NCBI GenBank assembly: GCA_965637545.1
Contig: OZ281499.1
Coordinates: forward strand, 14,074,001-14,138,000
DNA length: 64,000 nucleotides
Direction of reading: 5' to 3'
DNA from: Phallusia mammillata
Taxonomy: Eukaryota
Shown here: piece by piece, positions 21,525 through 33,126 of the stretch
How positions within the stretch are numbered: position 1 is the first letter of the stretch
Layout of the letters: each line of letters starts with the position of its first letter
Notes under the pieces: generated by a model
The model's input: the letters and a program-made list of their open reading frames with translations, nothing else
Databases searched by the model: none
What the model was told of the DNA's origin: nothing
Made by a program: the position numbers and the translations under genes

Positions 21525-21594
21525 ATTATAAGGTCAAACACAGTGATTGGTACTGAGCATAAACAAAACATGCTATGTGGAGTACAAACTATCT

Positions 21595-22160
21595 AAAATT
21601 CATTCCATTCGGACATTTTCAAGGTTTTTCTATTGTATGTTCCATCCGAAAAAAGTGAAAATAGGCTAGGGGTATAATAGCAAAAAATTAGGCTAAAACA
21701 ACAATCAGCTGCTATTACCGGCAAATTGCACAAGCTGTCCTAAATTCATTCAATTCAGACTTTGTTAAAAAACTCACCTATTGTAGGGGGCTAGTGGGGT
21801 AAATGATATGGCTGCAGGGTCGAACACAAGAACCAGCACCTATAAATGGCATACTCTACACGCTTTCCAGTTTTATCCAATTCAGACATTGTTTAAAAAA
21901 TTTAGCGGGTAAATGTTGGGGCTACAGGTTGGAAAACAACAATCAACACCTAACAGTGGTACAATGAACAAACTGGCCAAATTTCATCCCATTCGAACAC
22001 TTCTTAAACAAGTCACCCTTTTTAGGGGGCTAGTGGGGTAACTAATTGGTCTCTAATCCTAAGCTAAAAAATATCAAACCACAATAACCCAATCAACAGT
22101 CCTGTAAATTTTGTCCAAGTCGGCCAATGTTTAAAATTTTGACCACTGGGGGGCTTTTAA
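21595..22160. repeat. Diverged ~120-bp tandem repeat (about 5 units)
   Basis: AAATT(T)CAT(T/C)CAATTC(A/G)GAC-like motif recurs at ~21600, 21740, 21870, 21980 and 22105. TAGGGGGCTAGTGGGGTAA occurs at ~21784 and ~22023. Confidence 0.55.
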
Positions 22161-22211
22161 GCAACAACCGTTGATGCCTCTGACGTCATGAGGCTGTTAA
22201 CACCCCTCTAA

Positions 22212-23100
22212 GGGTTCGTTCAAATACAGATTTGGTAACTGGTATCCAAAACTTAGTTTCGTAACTTGAAGTTCACAATAGGGTTCGGTCTGGTAACTAG
22301 CGATGAAACCACAGCGTTCAAACATAGAAGTCCCAAATTTGTTTTGAAAACTGCCGTCCAAACCAGAGCGTCCAAATTGGCCGCGTGGTTTCTAACTTTT
22401 GCGTTCACCAACAGCGCGTATCGCTTTCAAGTTTGGCATTTTTCGTTACAAAAGGCGCAATATGAACGCTTCGTTGTCACAACAGTTTGAAGTTGTTGTA
22501 CCGGCTTTTTGCCCCGACATCAGACGGACGTTACTTGTGCATGCAAACGCAAGCGACTTTTAAAACTTTCAGTTCATTTGTATTTGAAGGTTTTGACAAA
22601 TATAGCAATGGATTCAGCAGCTTTAAGTGTAAAAACGCGAGGTGTTTAATGGTCGGTAGAGGAAATTGACTTCCTGATTGACCTGTGGGCAGATGAGTCA
22701 GTTTAAAGTATGATAAAAGAGGACAAAAGCAACAGAGAAATATTTATGCTCATTGCAGAGCAGATGAGTTCAAAAGGGTATCAGAGAGATTGCCACAGTT
22801 GCATTAAAAAGATGCAGGGTTTAAAGAGAGAGTATAGAAAGTTTAAAGATATGTCAACAAGAAGTGGGCAGGGTGGTGAGCCAGTTATTCCAAGTGCCAT
22901 TGCTAAACATTACCCAAAATCGGGGGATAAAATATTGAGAGATTCCCCACTTACAGCCCCTTGACTTTTGATTTCTCAGTCACCAGAAGGTATGTTTGAC
23001 AAACAAATGATTAGCATTATCTGGTGTAATTTTGTTTAATTAATTGTATGTGATTACAGATAGCAGTGATTCCGACACTCCACGTAAAAGGGGAAAAAAG
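22212..23100 (+). mobile_element. Harbinger fragment with degenerate trihelix Myb/SANT gene (22608-22880)
   Basis: TAA|GGGTTCGTTCAAATAC terminus. WSVEEIDFLIDLWADESV*...NREIFMLIAEQMSSKGYQRDCHSCIKKMQGLKREYRKFKD (Myb_DNA-bind_4-like), with stops. Confidence 0.65.
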
Positions 23101-25189
23101 CGTAAGTGTGTGTTCCAAATTTCACAGCGATTACTTTTACAAAAAAGTGGTTAAATTATCAAGTGTAGCGGTCACGTGCTTTCAAACCATCATTTTGGTA
23201 CTTTGGTTTGGCTAAGCATTAAGTAATGGAAAATTTTAACTTTGCAACCATGACTTTTCGTTCCATGGAATTCATATGCTGCTTTTGCGACATATGGTAT
23301 CGAGCGGTGTAACTTTACTGTTCCATCGGTTCTCACGATTCAGTAACTATTGGAAGCACATATTCAGTGTCGTTGTTACATGTTCCCGTCTTACTCATAT
23401 GTTCCAACAGCCTGACCATAAGACAGGCTGATGCGTAAACAGAGTGTTTCGAAATAGTTGTGCAATCCATTGCAGTGCTGCATATCTTTGCAAACGTTTA
23501 ACTTAAAACAAACTAATAACTGATGTGAGTAAAAGAAGGTACTGTTCTGGAATGATGGCACGAAAAACGAGTTTCAGTTTAAAAGCCAATGTTTATCGTT
23601 GATCTCTCTTTTTCCATCGTATCCTTTCATTGAGATAAATGAGACTTGATGTGTGTTGCGTAACCAGAATAAAATACAAGAACTAAATTGATCTTTTGTG
23701 GACCATGTCGGCTCTATGCAGCAAGCGTTAACAATCGTAATAATGAACTTACTCGCTACTGCAGACGACCGATACGAGCCACGAGACGCAGAAGAATTAA
23801 CGAGCTTTCGAGTAAACAATAACACAGCACGCGCGCACCCTCGTCCCTGCAAATTGGTGCCATCCGATTGTGGTTCGGCCACGCATTTGAAGAAACTGCA
23901 ACCAAGACACCACCAAGAACATTGCATTCTACTCGGAGATCTACAGGAATCACGTCGCCAAGATCAAGCTGGCACATACATTGACCGCCTTGTAAAGTAC
24001 ACTGTAAAAAAAAACTCGTAAATTTTACTGGAAAAACATACGTAATCTTTTACGGACTCGATACGTAAGTTTTTTTTACGTCCACGTGACCGTAATTCAA
24101 GCATGTTCTGATATGGATGAATGCGTTATCCAATCAGAATCGCTCAAAATGCAGACTGCATTTATGCGCGACCGCGGAGGTTCTGTGTGAGCGTAGGTTG
24201 CTGCTGGCAGATGCAGATAGTGTTACTTTTTTAGAGTTAATGTTAGGTTTTATTTTGTACGGTGTTTACAGTTGCTGTATACAGAGAGAGGTGCAGATTT
24301 TTTTTTTACAAAACGGTAAATCTTTTTTGATTAAAGCTAAAAACTTCTGTAATGGACTTAAGTTTAGTGTGTAGTGTAGAAATATGTGGGAAAGGTTTTG
24401 ATTGCCTGAAATAACTTATAAAACATACAAAGCATTATATACGACAAGGTTATGAAATTCAATGTCCTGTCGATAAATGCTCAAAGACGTACAGTATCAT
24501 ATCCTCTTTTACATCACGCTTGTCTCGCTGTCATAGCAACTTGCATTGTATTGGCCGCCATGATACAAGTCTCAATGATTCAAGCTCTGGCAGTCAAATT
24601 CATTTTGTTATAATTAATCAAATTGCTCATGCTTATCCACATTATGATGTTTACAAATTGGATCATTTTCAACGTTTTGGTTTATTATGTGTTTGTATTG
24701 ATAGTTTATTTTTGAGAATTCCTTAAACTGTGTACAACATTGAAGTTATGAGTGTTTTTGTCAACGTTTGATATGATCAGGGTTTTAAACTTTTGTTTCT
24801 AACAGAAAATGGAGGAATACTTAAAAAAACATTGCCAGAACTGTAAACCAATGAAACAAAACTTAAATTATGTTTGAACCATTTAAGCAACCTGGGTGTT
24901 ATTACCACTGATGATTTTCAGCATTTGGAACTGGATGATTTGCTTGTCCAGTTTACACTGGTGCAAGCAAGAAAATTGCTTAAAACTTCCTTGGTGAATC
25001 AGGGTAAGTAAAAATGGTTCCTAAAGCTAATTTGTTTAATGATTAAATAGATGGTGTTCAGTGGATACATGAGTACACAGTACCTTGGGAAAAAGGTTCC
25101 GGGGCTTTAATGAATGTTCTTCAAGAAAATCGAGTACCCAATGCCATTTTGAGAAAAGAAAAAAAAATTTTTGAGAAAAGTAAAACACA

Positions 25190-26300
25190 ACAACAGTATG
25201 TAGAAAAAAATTATTAATAAATGAGTCGAAAAAGGTCGAAGTATTTCATTTGGACAACATTTAAGTAAAACTGGTTATAACAATGACTACTAACTAACAC
25301 ACTTGCTATTCAGTCATTAATATGGTCATGTATCATTTAAGTACCTTATAGCCACAGTCAGCATTTTCAACATATTCCATTACACGTCACAGATTGTAAT
25401 TGCCACACAAAAAATAGCCATAAAGCTTTTTCCTTGTATCATAACTGACAAATTCAACAACCACATTACATTTGCGTCAGAACTTGTTTATTCAACATCT
25501 TTTCTAATTTCTTGTGTACAACTATTAATTGTTTGTAAGTTTCTTAACTGCTAAACTTGCTGCTTTATTTGGTGGCAAATAGCTTATAATTCCTTTTTTG
25601 AAGTACAAAACTCTGCAAGGTTTGAAAATTACAACACTCTCACTTAAATTTAAACCATATTATTAAACCTTGTGCTTCTATTTTACAACCAAAATGAATC
25701 ATAAAGCTATAGTTTAAGCAAAATAATTGATAGCTTCTTCCTTGATTTCCAAATGACAACCAAGAAACTGTTTTTTTTCTATTTAGTGCTATCACTGCAA
25801 GTGCAATTCTTTTTGGAAATAATGGTGTTCCTTAGAAAAGTTTGCATCCTTTTCAGTGTTGACATCCTTTTCAAGAACCGTTTTGCCTTTGAGAGACTCA
25901 TGGAAATGGCTGGCTAACTGGCTTTTCCTTTTAAAGTTTCAGTAACTTTTCTAACAACAGGATATGTTTGGTGGTCACTACTATCTCCCCTGTAGAATGT
26001 TCACTCTTCAGAAACATTTTCTGTGAAGCAATTTAGCAGCTACTGTTTAAAGAAACATAACATGTCCATTATATCAATACACATGATTGCACTTGGTTGC
26101 AAATACTGTCCACATGGTGTGTTAAGAAACCAAAACTTGAAATTGTCATCACTAAGGTATTTCAAACTTCCTGTTGCTTGTGCAATTGTTTGTTCTGCAT
26201 TTAATATTGCCTGAATTTCAGTGAGGCATTTAACTTCACAGTGTAAGTAGTTCTTGTGGTTGCGATGTTTTATCCCAGTTTTCTTAACTTTTTATTCAGG
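25190..26300 (-). pseudogene. Heavily decayed hAT-like transposase relic (ZMYM1/THAP12-like?)
   Basis: ATGSLKYLSDDNFKFWFL..QYLQPSAIMCIDI resembles the hAT AxGLLxxL..F.F..L..LQ...DI segment. Many stops. Confidence 0.35.
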
Positions 26301-26790
26301 TTTTTATTATAAAGGTTAATCGTGACTTTTCAAAGTGTTAGATCAAAGAGATTATAAAACATGAGTGGAACCTCTGACGTAACAATGGACTTTTCCTTCG
26401 TCCTCCGTCACGGTTCAGTGCATAGAAGTTTGTTCAACATTTTGTGTGTCGTTTGCAAAACGAGCCGTATGTGTTTGTAATTAACATCGCATGTTGCGAA
26501 TTTAGTGCGAAAGGCAAAAAAAATCGCCTATAGCAGTATGGTGGTACTAAATGTTGTTTATTTTCGTTTATTCGCACTCTTCTACGGACGGGATGGCAAG
26601 AGACCTTGGTTTCATTTAGTCAGCCACTGCTGATATACAAAGAAGCAAAGGGACTAATTCCATCTTACAAAACTGTAAAAAAATGCTTTATGAACATCAA
26701 GCAAATTAGGTCTTTGCTTAAGTTTTGCGTTTACATGCTTAAAGTTTTTACGAAAAAATGTAAAATTTCGTGCAAAAATAAACCTTTCTT

Positions 26791-26963
26791 ATATAAGCTA
26801 TTGCTGCCAGGCATAGTATCAAGTTTAAAGAGCTCTTCTGGCAAATGTGATTTTATTCCGACGTTTCGACGTCCTATACAGGTCGTCTTCATCAGGGTGA
26901 ACCTGATAGGACGTCGAAACGTCGGAATAAAATCACATTTGCCAGAAGAGCTCTTTAAACTTG
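26791..26963 (-). mobile_element. 173-bp PLE-derived mini-insertion: hammerhead motif plus inverted copy of its own 3' half
   Basis: 13-bp direct repeat ATAAACCTTTCTT at 26778-26790 and 26964-26976. 61-bp perfect inverted arms 26817-26877 / 26906-26966 with a 19-nt loop. Confidence 0.8.
26858..26897 (-). ncRNA. Hammerhead ribozyme motif (PLE-type, GAAACGUC core)
   Basis: Minus strand: CC-CUGAUGA-A-GACGACCU(GUAU)AGGACGUC-GAAA-CGU-C-GG. Stem II is 7 bp with an A.A mismatch, stem III is palindromic ACGU, triplet GUC. Stem I is only 2 bp here. Confidence 0.8.
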
Positions 26964-29900
26964 ATAAACCTTTCTTGCAAAATGACTTTCATAAAGCTTC
27001 TGTTATAATCTTTAAATTCTGCAACCAGCAAAGATAAGTGCGATTTTTTAACGTTCTTGAACTTTCATTACTTGCCAGGCATGCAGTCTGATAAGCTCTA
27101 ACAGGGCAAAAAAGTTCAATTACTTATTTTTTTAATAAACATGTCTAAGCTCTTTTGTTTACACATTGTGATATCTGGATGCCATAATTAATTAGATTTA
27201 ATGTTACTTGCAAAAGATAAATTTTCACAGCTGTCGGACACTGTTACAAGTTGTTTTATTTCTTGGAAGACAGCAGCAAACAACCAAAGATTGAATACCC
27301 ATCAACGTTAAGTAAGTTTTAGGCAACTACCAGCACAAAAGAAAGTGATTTAAACTTGTACTTTAAAAGCTTTTGAGCTCTTTTACAGGCCTAAATGAGC
27401 ATAACAGAAGTTCAAAGTTAATTTGACGACGAAGTTCAGCTTTTTTTCAAGTGTTTGTTTGTTGTTTATTCTGAAATTGCAGTGAACGCCAGAGGAAAAA
27501 TCAGCAATACTGAGAAGTTGCATGTCAGGGATATCACCATAAGGCACTTAGTCCATGAAGCACAATGGTTAGCAGCCTTCTTACACTACCAACATGAGTG
27601 AGCCACTGAGTGAAAGCTTGATAGTCTGTCTGGAAATGATTGTAAACTGATAAAGTTCGGTGTTCTGTTTTACACAAAACATTTCAAACATGCCTTGAGC
27701 TTATATTGTATGTATCATACAGTTCATGGCTTTGTATTTCATTTTTGATACTGGCTCCACACAATATTCCAACTGTTCATATTCAATATTTAGATCGGAT
27801 TGATACAACAACAAGAAACAGAAGTATCTGTAAAATAATAAAAAATAACACAGTATTCATAGTATAAATCTGTTACAAAATGTAGCATTAAAAAACAAGT
27901 TATCATGCACTCTTGTCATATTATTTTGTTTTCATAATCAAAACTGTTTGCTAATGGAAAGTTTGTAAGTTTTAAAAATATAACCCCTCATATACTTACA
28001 TGCCTGACAAACTATTTATTTATTAGTCATAAAAATAACATAAGTTCTACAGTGGGAAAGTACATGGCTTTGTCCGTACTGAACATATGTTAAATCCATC
28101 TTTCAGTTAAATATCATGTGAAACAAGCCATCCTAAAGGAAGTTAAAAAACGTACAAATTACCGTACATTGCAAGATAACTTCATTTTCTCTCATTTGAG
28201 AGTACCACATGTGAATTTTGCCAAATTCATGTCACTTTATTGGGGTAATAAACCACTCTAAGTACATATCTCAACTGAAAAACTTTGTCATAATACCTGA
28301 GATGCTTTATTGTAGAAAACCAACCCAGTGACTGTCTTGAAACTTTGACTTACTCGTTTCACATTATACTATATATAGCCATCTTATATCGCAGTTTTTA
28401 TAGGTTTTACAAAAATACTACAACCATAAGACAAAACGTAACATCATTTTTCAGCCAACAATTAAATCCTAACGCCTGACGACCGAATATCTCGTTTTGA
28501 ACTAGCTTGCAGTCTGCTATCCTGTACATACAATTTCAGCGAAAAACATGCAAAACTTCTATGCACTGAAGCGGAACGGCGTACGAAACTAAATTACGCT
28601 TAACAATGCAAATAGTCACGTGACTTGCCGAAGTTTCATCTCATGTTTTTAATACTCTTTGGTTAGATGACCTTTTTCAACACTTTCTAATTCAATGATA
28701 ACTGCAAAAACTGAAGCCCACTTACAGTCATCTTAAAAATTCACGACTAACCTTCAAACAAATAAATTAAAAAAGGTAAAAAAATTGTTTAACTGTACTG
28801 ACCGTCAAACCTAGAATATAGCAAACGGGTTTGGTTTTGGAGCACAATATAGACCCGGAACAGATAACACAACTACAGCGGCCGGTTCACACGCTGCGTG
28901 ATTGGTGGAGCTGCGCGAGCCGCAGCACCAAGTCGCCTATTTCGCCCGGCATGTAGCTTTTCCAAGTGCGCATGCGCACAAGTGCAAAACGTCACGATTC
29001 GTCATGAAACTGGAGCTGCAGTTCCACCATAGATAACATATTAATGCCATAATTTTTTTTAAAAAATGAAAACAATGCCGATCAAGGCGGAAATTATACT
29101 TAGGTTATCTGTATTGTTGTGGTAGGAATAATAGGTGAAAATATCTAGGGGGTGCTGCAGCTCCGCAGCACCCTAGCACGAGCCGCCCCTGCAAATGATA
29201 CAAAATAAGTCTACTTTTCATGCAGTCCAAACAGCGCAGTTTAGTTTTTTCCATATGTGTATTTGTTGACATTTGTGCAAACATTTCAGTTTACGGAGAG
29301 GCCAGGAAGAAAAAACCTTGAGCGCATTGCTTATTTGGTTGTTTCCAAATATCCAACATCATTCAGAGATGTTATTGGAGGCATTCCTATGGGTGATGGC
29401 CACAACTCAATTGCAAACCAGCTGTACTACAGATGGGAAAACGTGATACGCAAAAAAAGAAAACTGCAGCATTTATCTGATGTCCAAAGTTCTGCAAGTA
29501 AAAAAACTCCGTATGGTGTCAAAAATTGGTTGGTTCCAAACAAAACCCAAAACCGAACTTCTTTGCAAAATTGGTTATTGGAAGAGTTTAAAAGAGCAAA
29601 ATCTGAATGGGATATGCAACATACCAAAAACCTCATGAAGCAAACTTACTTCATGCAACGGGAATTAATTAATAAAAACTCCCCTGTCCAAATGGTGCTG
29701 ACACAATGGCCATTTTTGACAGAGGCCGAGTTTTTACTTTTCCATTTTGGGAAGCTATTGGAAAAAGACCACGCAGAACATCTGCCATCAACCATTGCTC
29801 ATCGCAGCATGGAGGTGTATAGGTGAGCAAAGTGGAATTATTGCACTTTTGGTTTCTCATCTACTTTGTTGAATCTTGCTTCAGGTCACTAAAATTAAAT

Positions 29901-30711
29901 GCTCGACCAAGTGTGGAAACAGTGCTAAAATCCATTAAGCACCAATGCTCCCAATTTGAAAATAACGATGCAAAGTCATCTGAAGTGGTAAGCCTTCTGG
30001 CTGCTTTTTTTAAGGAAGAAGGCAAGACCATTCTCAAATATTTCAAGGTAAGTGCTGCATTTTTTGATGACAGTGCACAGTTCACTTCTAACAAAAATGC
30101 ACTTTGTGTCTAGGATGAGTATCAGTTAAGCACTATTATAGAAGAAAGCGAAACTACTCCTTATGTTATAGCAATTGATGAGTTTGCAATATACATTCTT
30201 GTATGTATGTGTATGTTTTAAGTACAAACATTTTTATTCTAGGGGACATGCCAGCAATTGCCAAACATTTTAAGGTCATTGTTGAAAAAAACATAGTAAC
30301 TTCTTGCAGTGACCTGTTTCTTGCATTGTCATGCTGTATTGCCACCTACTTCATATTCAATATTGAGTATCCAAAAAGTGCATTGGCAACTTTGGAGTTC
30401 ATGCAAACATGAAGTACAAAAGCCATAAGTCTGTTGGGTCAGGTAGTGTATTTTTTTCTTTTTAAACTTAAGGGCATGTTGGTTTTAACCACAGGTTTTG
30501 ATTTAATTGTGATTTATTATGTTTTTAGTTGTAATTTTTTATGTTAATTGAAGAAAAAACATTGCATAGTTTGATTTTATGTGTAAAATCTATTGTTTAT
30601 TCAAATAAAATTATAATGACTGTTATGTTTTTTTGTATGTATAGGTATTTTGTGGAAATCAATGCACCCGGAAGCAAAACTTCAAAAAAAGGAAAAGTTG
30701 TGGGATACATC

Positions 30712-32332
30712 TGTAGCGACCCCAACGCTTGCTAGGTCTAATTCTTTATTGAGTTATAGTGATATTAAAGTGATATGGTATCTTTCGAAACAACATGTAT
30801 ATATATACGTACAATTGTCAACGACAAACAGTCAACAAAAGGTGACAACATATGGTATACAGCTGTGTGGAATTACATGCTTGAGGTGTTGATTGATTTA
30901 CTTGTCAAATACGTTTGTACAGATCATAATCCCACATAGGTATCCCCCCGGACAAGTGTTTTCTGTATAATGGTACAAATTACGATTGGGGTAAATTTGG
31001 TAAAAGTTCGACTTTTCACATCACCAAACACGTAAGCGACCGCCGCCAAACAGTTCTTTCCTATGACCATTGCGCGCTCTTTTGTTCTTCGGATATGTCT
31101 TTTAAATTGTTCAACGACTTGTACATGCTTGGTCAGTGTCTTCATTGGTGTACAGAGGTCGACATGATTGTTTGTTTTCTTCAGCGTGGTCATTTCTTCA
31201 GCGGTGCTTGCTTGTGTATTGGTGCATGTTACTTGGTCTTGTCCGGATGAAAAACTTCAAAAACAAAAACATAAACAGCAAAATTGCGGCAAACGTATTG
31301 TGATAACTATTTAGTGTAGGCGAAGGGTTACGTCAAAATATTGGTAATCCGGCCAAACAAGAAATTATGTGTTTGTACGTTGATAACAGTTTGCAAAGTT
31401 CTCTACACCCTAATACTAAGCTCAACTCGCTAGCTTTGAGGCATCACGAATTTGCTTTGCGAGGAGCTGACGATCCCTAATGCAAGGATTTACAGACCGT
31501 GGGATCAGACAGTAAAAATGAATGAATGAATGCAATGTGGCAGCCTTGCGACCTGCTTAATACGATTTCCCACATAATCGCAACCTCAGTGAGTCGAGGG
31601 TTTCTAAAGATGACATGCCGGCGAGTTTCATTGATCGCTCGGTGTGTGCGTTTTGCTCATAAACAGCACATTAAGTAGATTGTTATTCCACCGTATCAAA
31701 CACAAACGTTACATATTTCTTCATGCAAGTTATAGTTAAGTTGACATTTTACAACTACCGTACACCAAAAAGTTATCAAAGCTTTAGACAATTACGCAAT
31801 AAATTAAATTTTGACATATCCCAAGTTTGGGCTAGGCGTTGGATCTGAAAAGTGTAAATAAATGCAACATAACATAGAGTTAGGCGTAGCTTGGTAATAC
31901 AACATTCATCAAAATGCAAACTTAACTTTGATCGTTTTTAACAAACAACATCGTCATCGACGTTGTGGTCCATTCTGCTTTGTCCGCTTCTTTGTGCTTG
32001 TTTTCCATTTCCATATCGACTTTTGCTACTTTCAGTCACGTCGCTGCTTGGTTGGTTGAAGTATCAGAAGGTGTTGCGGGTTCTGATCACGTCGGGGTAT
32101 CACCAGTTATGTAGCGCCCCCAACGCTTGCTAGGTCTAATTCTTCATTGAGTTATAGTGATATTAATGTGATATGGTATCTTTCGAAACAACATGTGTAT
32201 ATACGTACAATTGTCAACGACAAACAGTCAACAAAAGGTGACAACATATGGTATACAGCTGTGTGGAATTACATGCTTGAGGTGTTGATTGATTTACTTG
32301 TCAAATACGTTTGTACAGATCATAATCCCACA
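30712..32332 (-). mobile_element. Non-autonomous LTR retroelement (TRIM/LARD-like), copy 1
   Basis: Direct TG...CA LTRs at 30712-30936 and 32110-32332, 4-bp TSD CATC. PBS at 32086-32105 matches the tRNA-Trp 3' end ATCACGTCGGGGTCACCA with a 2-nt insertion. G-rich PPT next to the other LTR. No gag/pol motifs. Confidence 0.9.
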
Positions 32333-33126
32333 CATCCAAAAGTTTTGCAATTAAGCAACATTATGCAGGCATACAAGCAATAATATTCTGGATTTTTGCA
32401 ACAATAAAACACAGTTCTTGAAAGCGTGTTGTATTGCAATGCAGTAGAATTGACAAACTTGTCAGTAAAAAAAACTGCCAGGACTTTTCCCTGTAGATTT
32501 AACAGCAGGTTATTCAGTGAATTTAACTGGCCAGGTTCCGTAAAAATTACGTGTACAGACATGTAAAACAGAAGAAAATAACAGGGGAATGCACGTATAT
32601 ATTTACTTGGGTTTCCACAGTAAAATCTACAAAAGTGCCGTAAAAAAAGCTGCCAGAAGTTTTCCCAGTAAAAATTTAACAGTGTAAGCGTACTTGATAT
32701 ATTTCTATACTTGGCAAATTTCCCCTGTGTGCATGTTTTTTACTAAACGCTATTGTGTAAACTAAATTTTGATTGACTTTGTATCATTGGAAAAGACAAG
32801 CAAGTTTGTAACATAAACGGTGCATTGTAATTATTAAACGTTAGTGTGTTGAAGTAATTTCACTAAATAATTTTGTAACATAAGAAAACACAAGCAAGTT
32901 TGTGAAATAAAGTGTGCATGTTAAATAATTGTTTATCATAATATGTTGTTGCATGCTAATTTATGTGCTGCATGTGCATGCACTGAAATTTTGAAAGAAA
33001 CAAACATATACACACATACCACCGTGGATCAGTTTATACAGTCAGTGACATTTGGTCGCTCAGGAAAAGCAAAAGTGTGTCGCAAAAGAAAGACACACTT
33101 AGTAGTGGTCCTGCAGCAAAAGTAGA

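Larger units (their letters stand above)
24809..32383 (+). pseudogene. EnSpm second gene (SAM-domain, SAMD3-like), multi-exon, interrupted by several insertions
   Basis: SAM-like LSNLGVITTDDFQHLELDDL; WIHEYTVPWEK; RPGRKNLERIAYLVVSKYPTSFRDVIG...QLYYRWEN; WPFL; TYFIFNIEYPKSALATLEFMQ; RYFVEINAPGSK...HPKVLQL*, the last part rejoined across the LTR insertion. Confidence 0.75.
24000..32684 (+). mobile_element. EnSpm/CACTA (CMC) element, 8.7 kb including nested insertions, transposase core missing
   Basis: Termini CACTGTAAAA.../revcomp CACTGTTAAA..., both followed by TTTTACTGG(A/G)AAAAC. TA dinucleotide on both sides (2-bp TSD). C2H2-like CPVDKC...SSFTSRLSRCH at ~24450-24540, then a SAMD3-like gene. 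Confidence 0.8.

Noticed and set aside
26606-27037. 143-aa ORF with mirror-like internal sequence
   Set aside because: It runs through the hammerhead foldback insertion and its TSDs and has no protein motifs; treated as an incidental open frame.
27300-28400. Possible second decayed hAT transposase (LRYYDK; HCNFRINNKQTL)
   Set aside because: Motif matches are too short and riddled with stops to support a call without an HMM search.
30924-31193. Same ORF text in both LTR-element copies (30924-31193, 52654-52845) as evidence of selection
   Set aside because: The copies are recent duplicates, the frames differ upstream and the ORF runs into the LTR. An endothelin-like reading of the Cys pattern was also dropped because the spacing does not fit.
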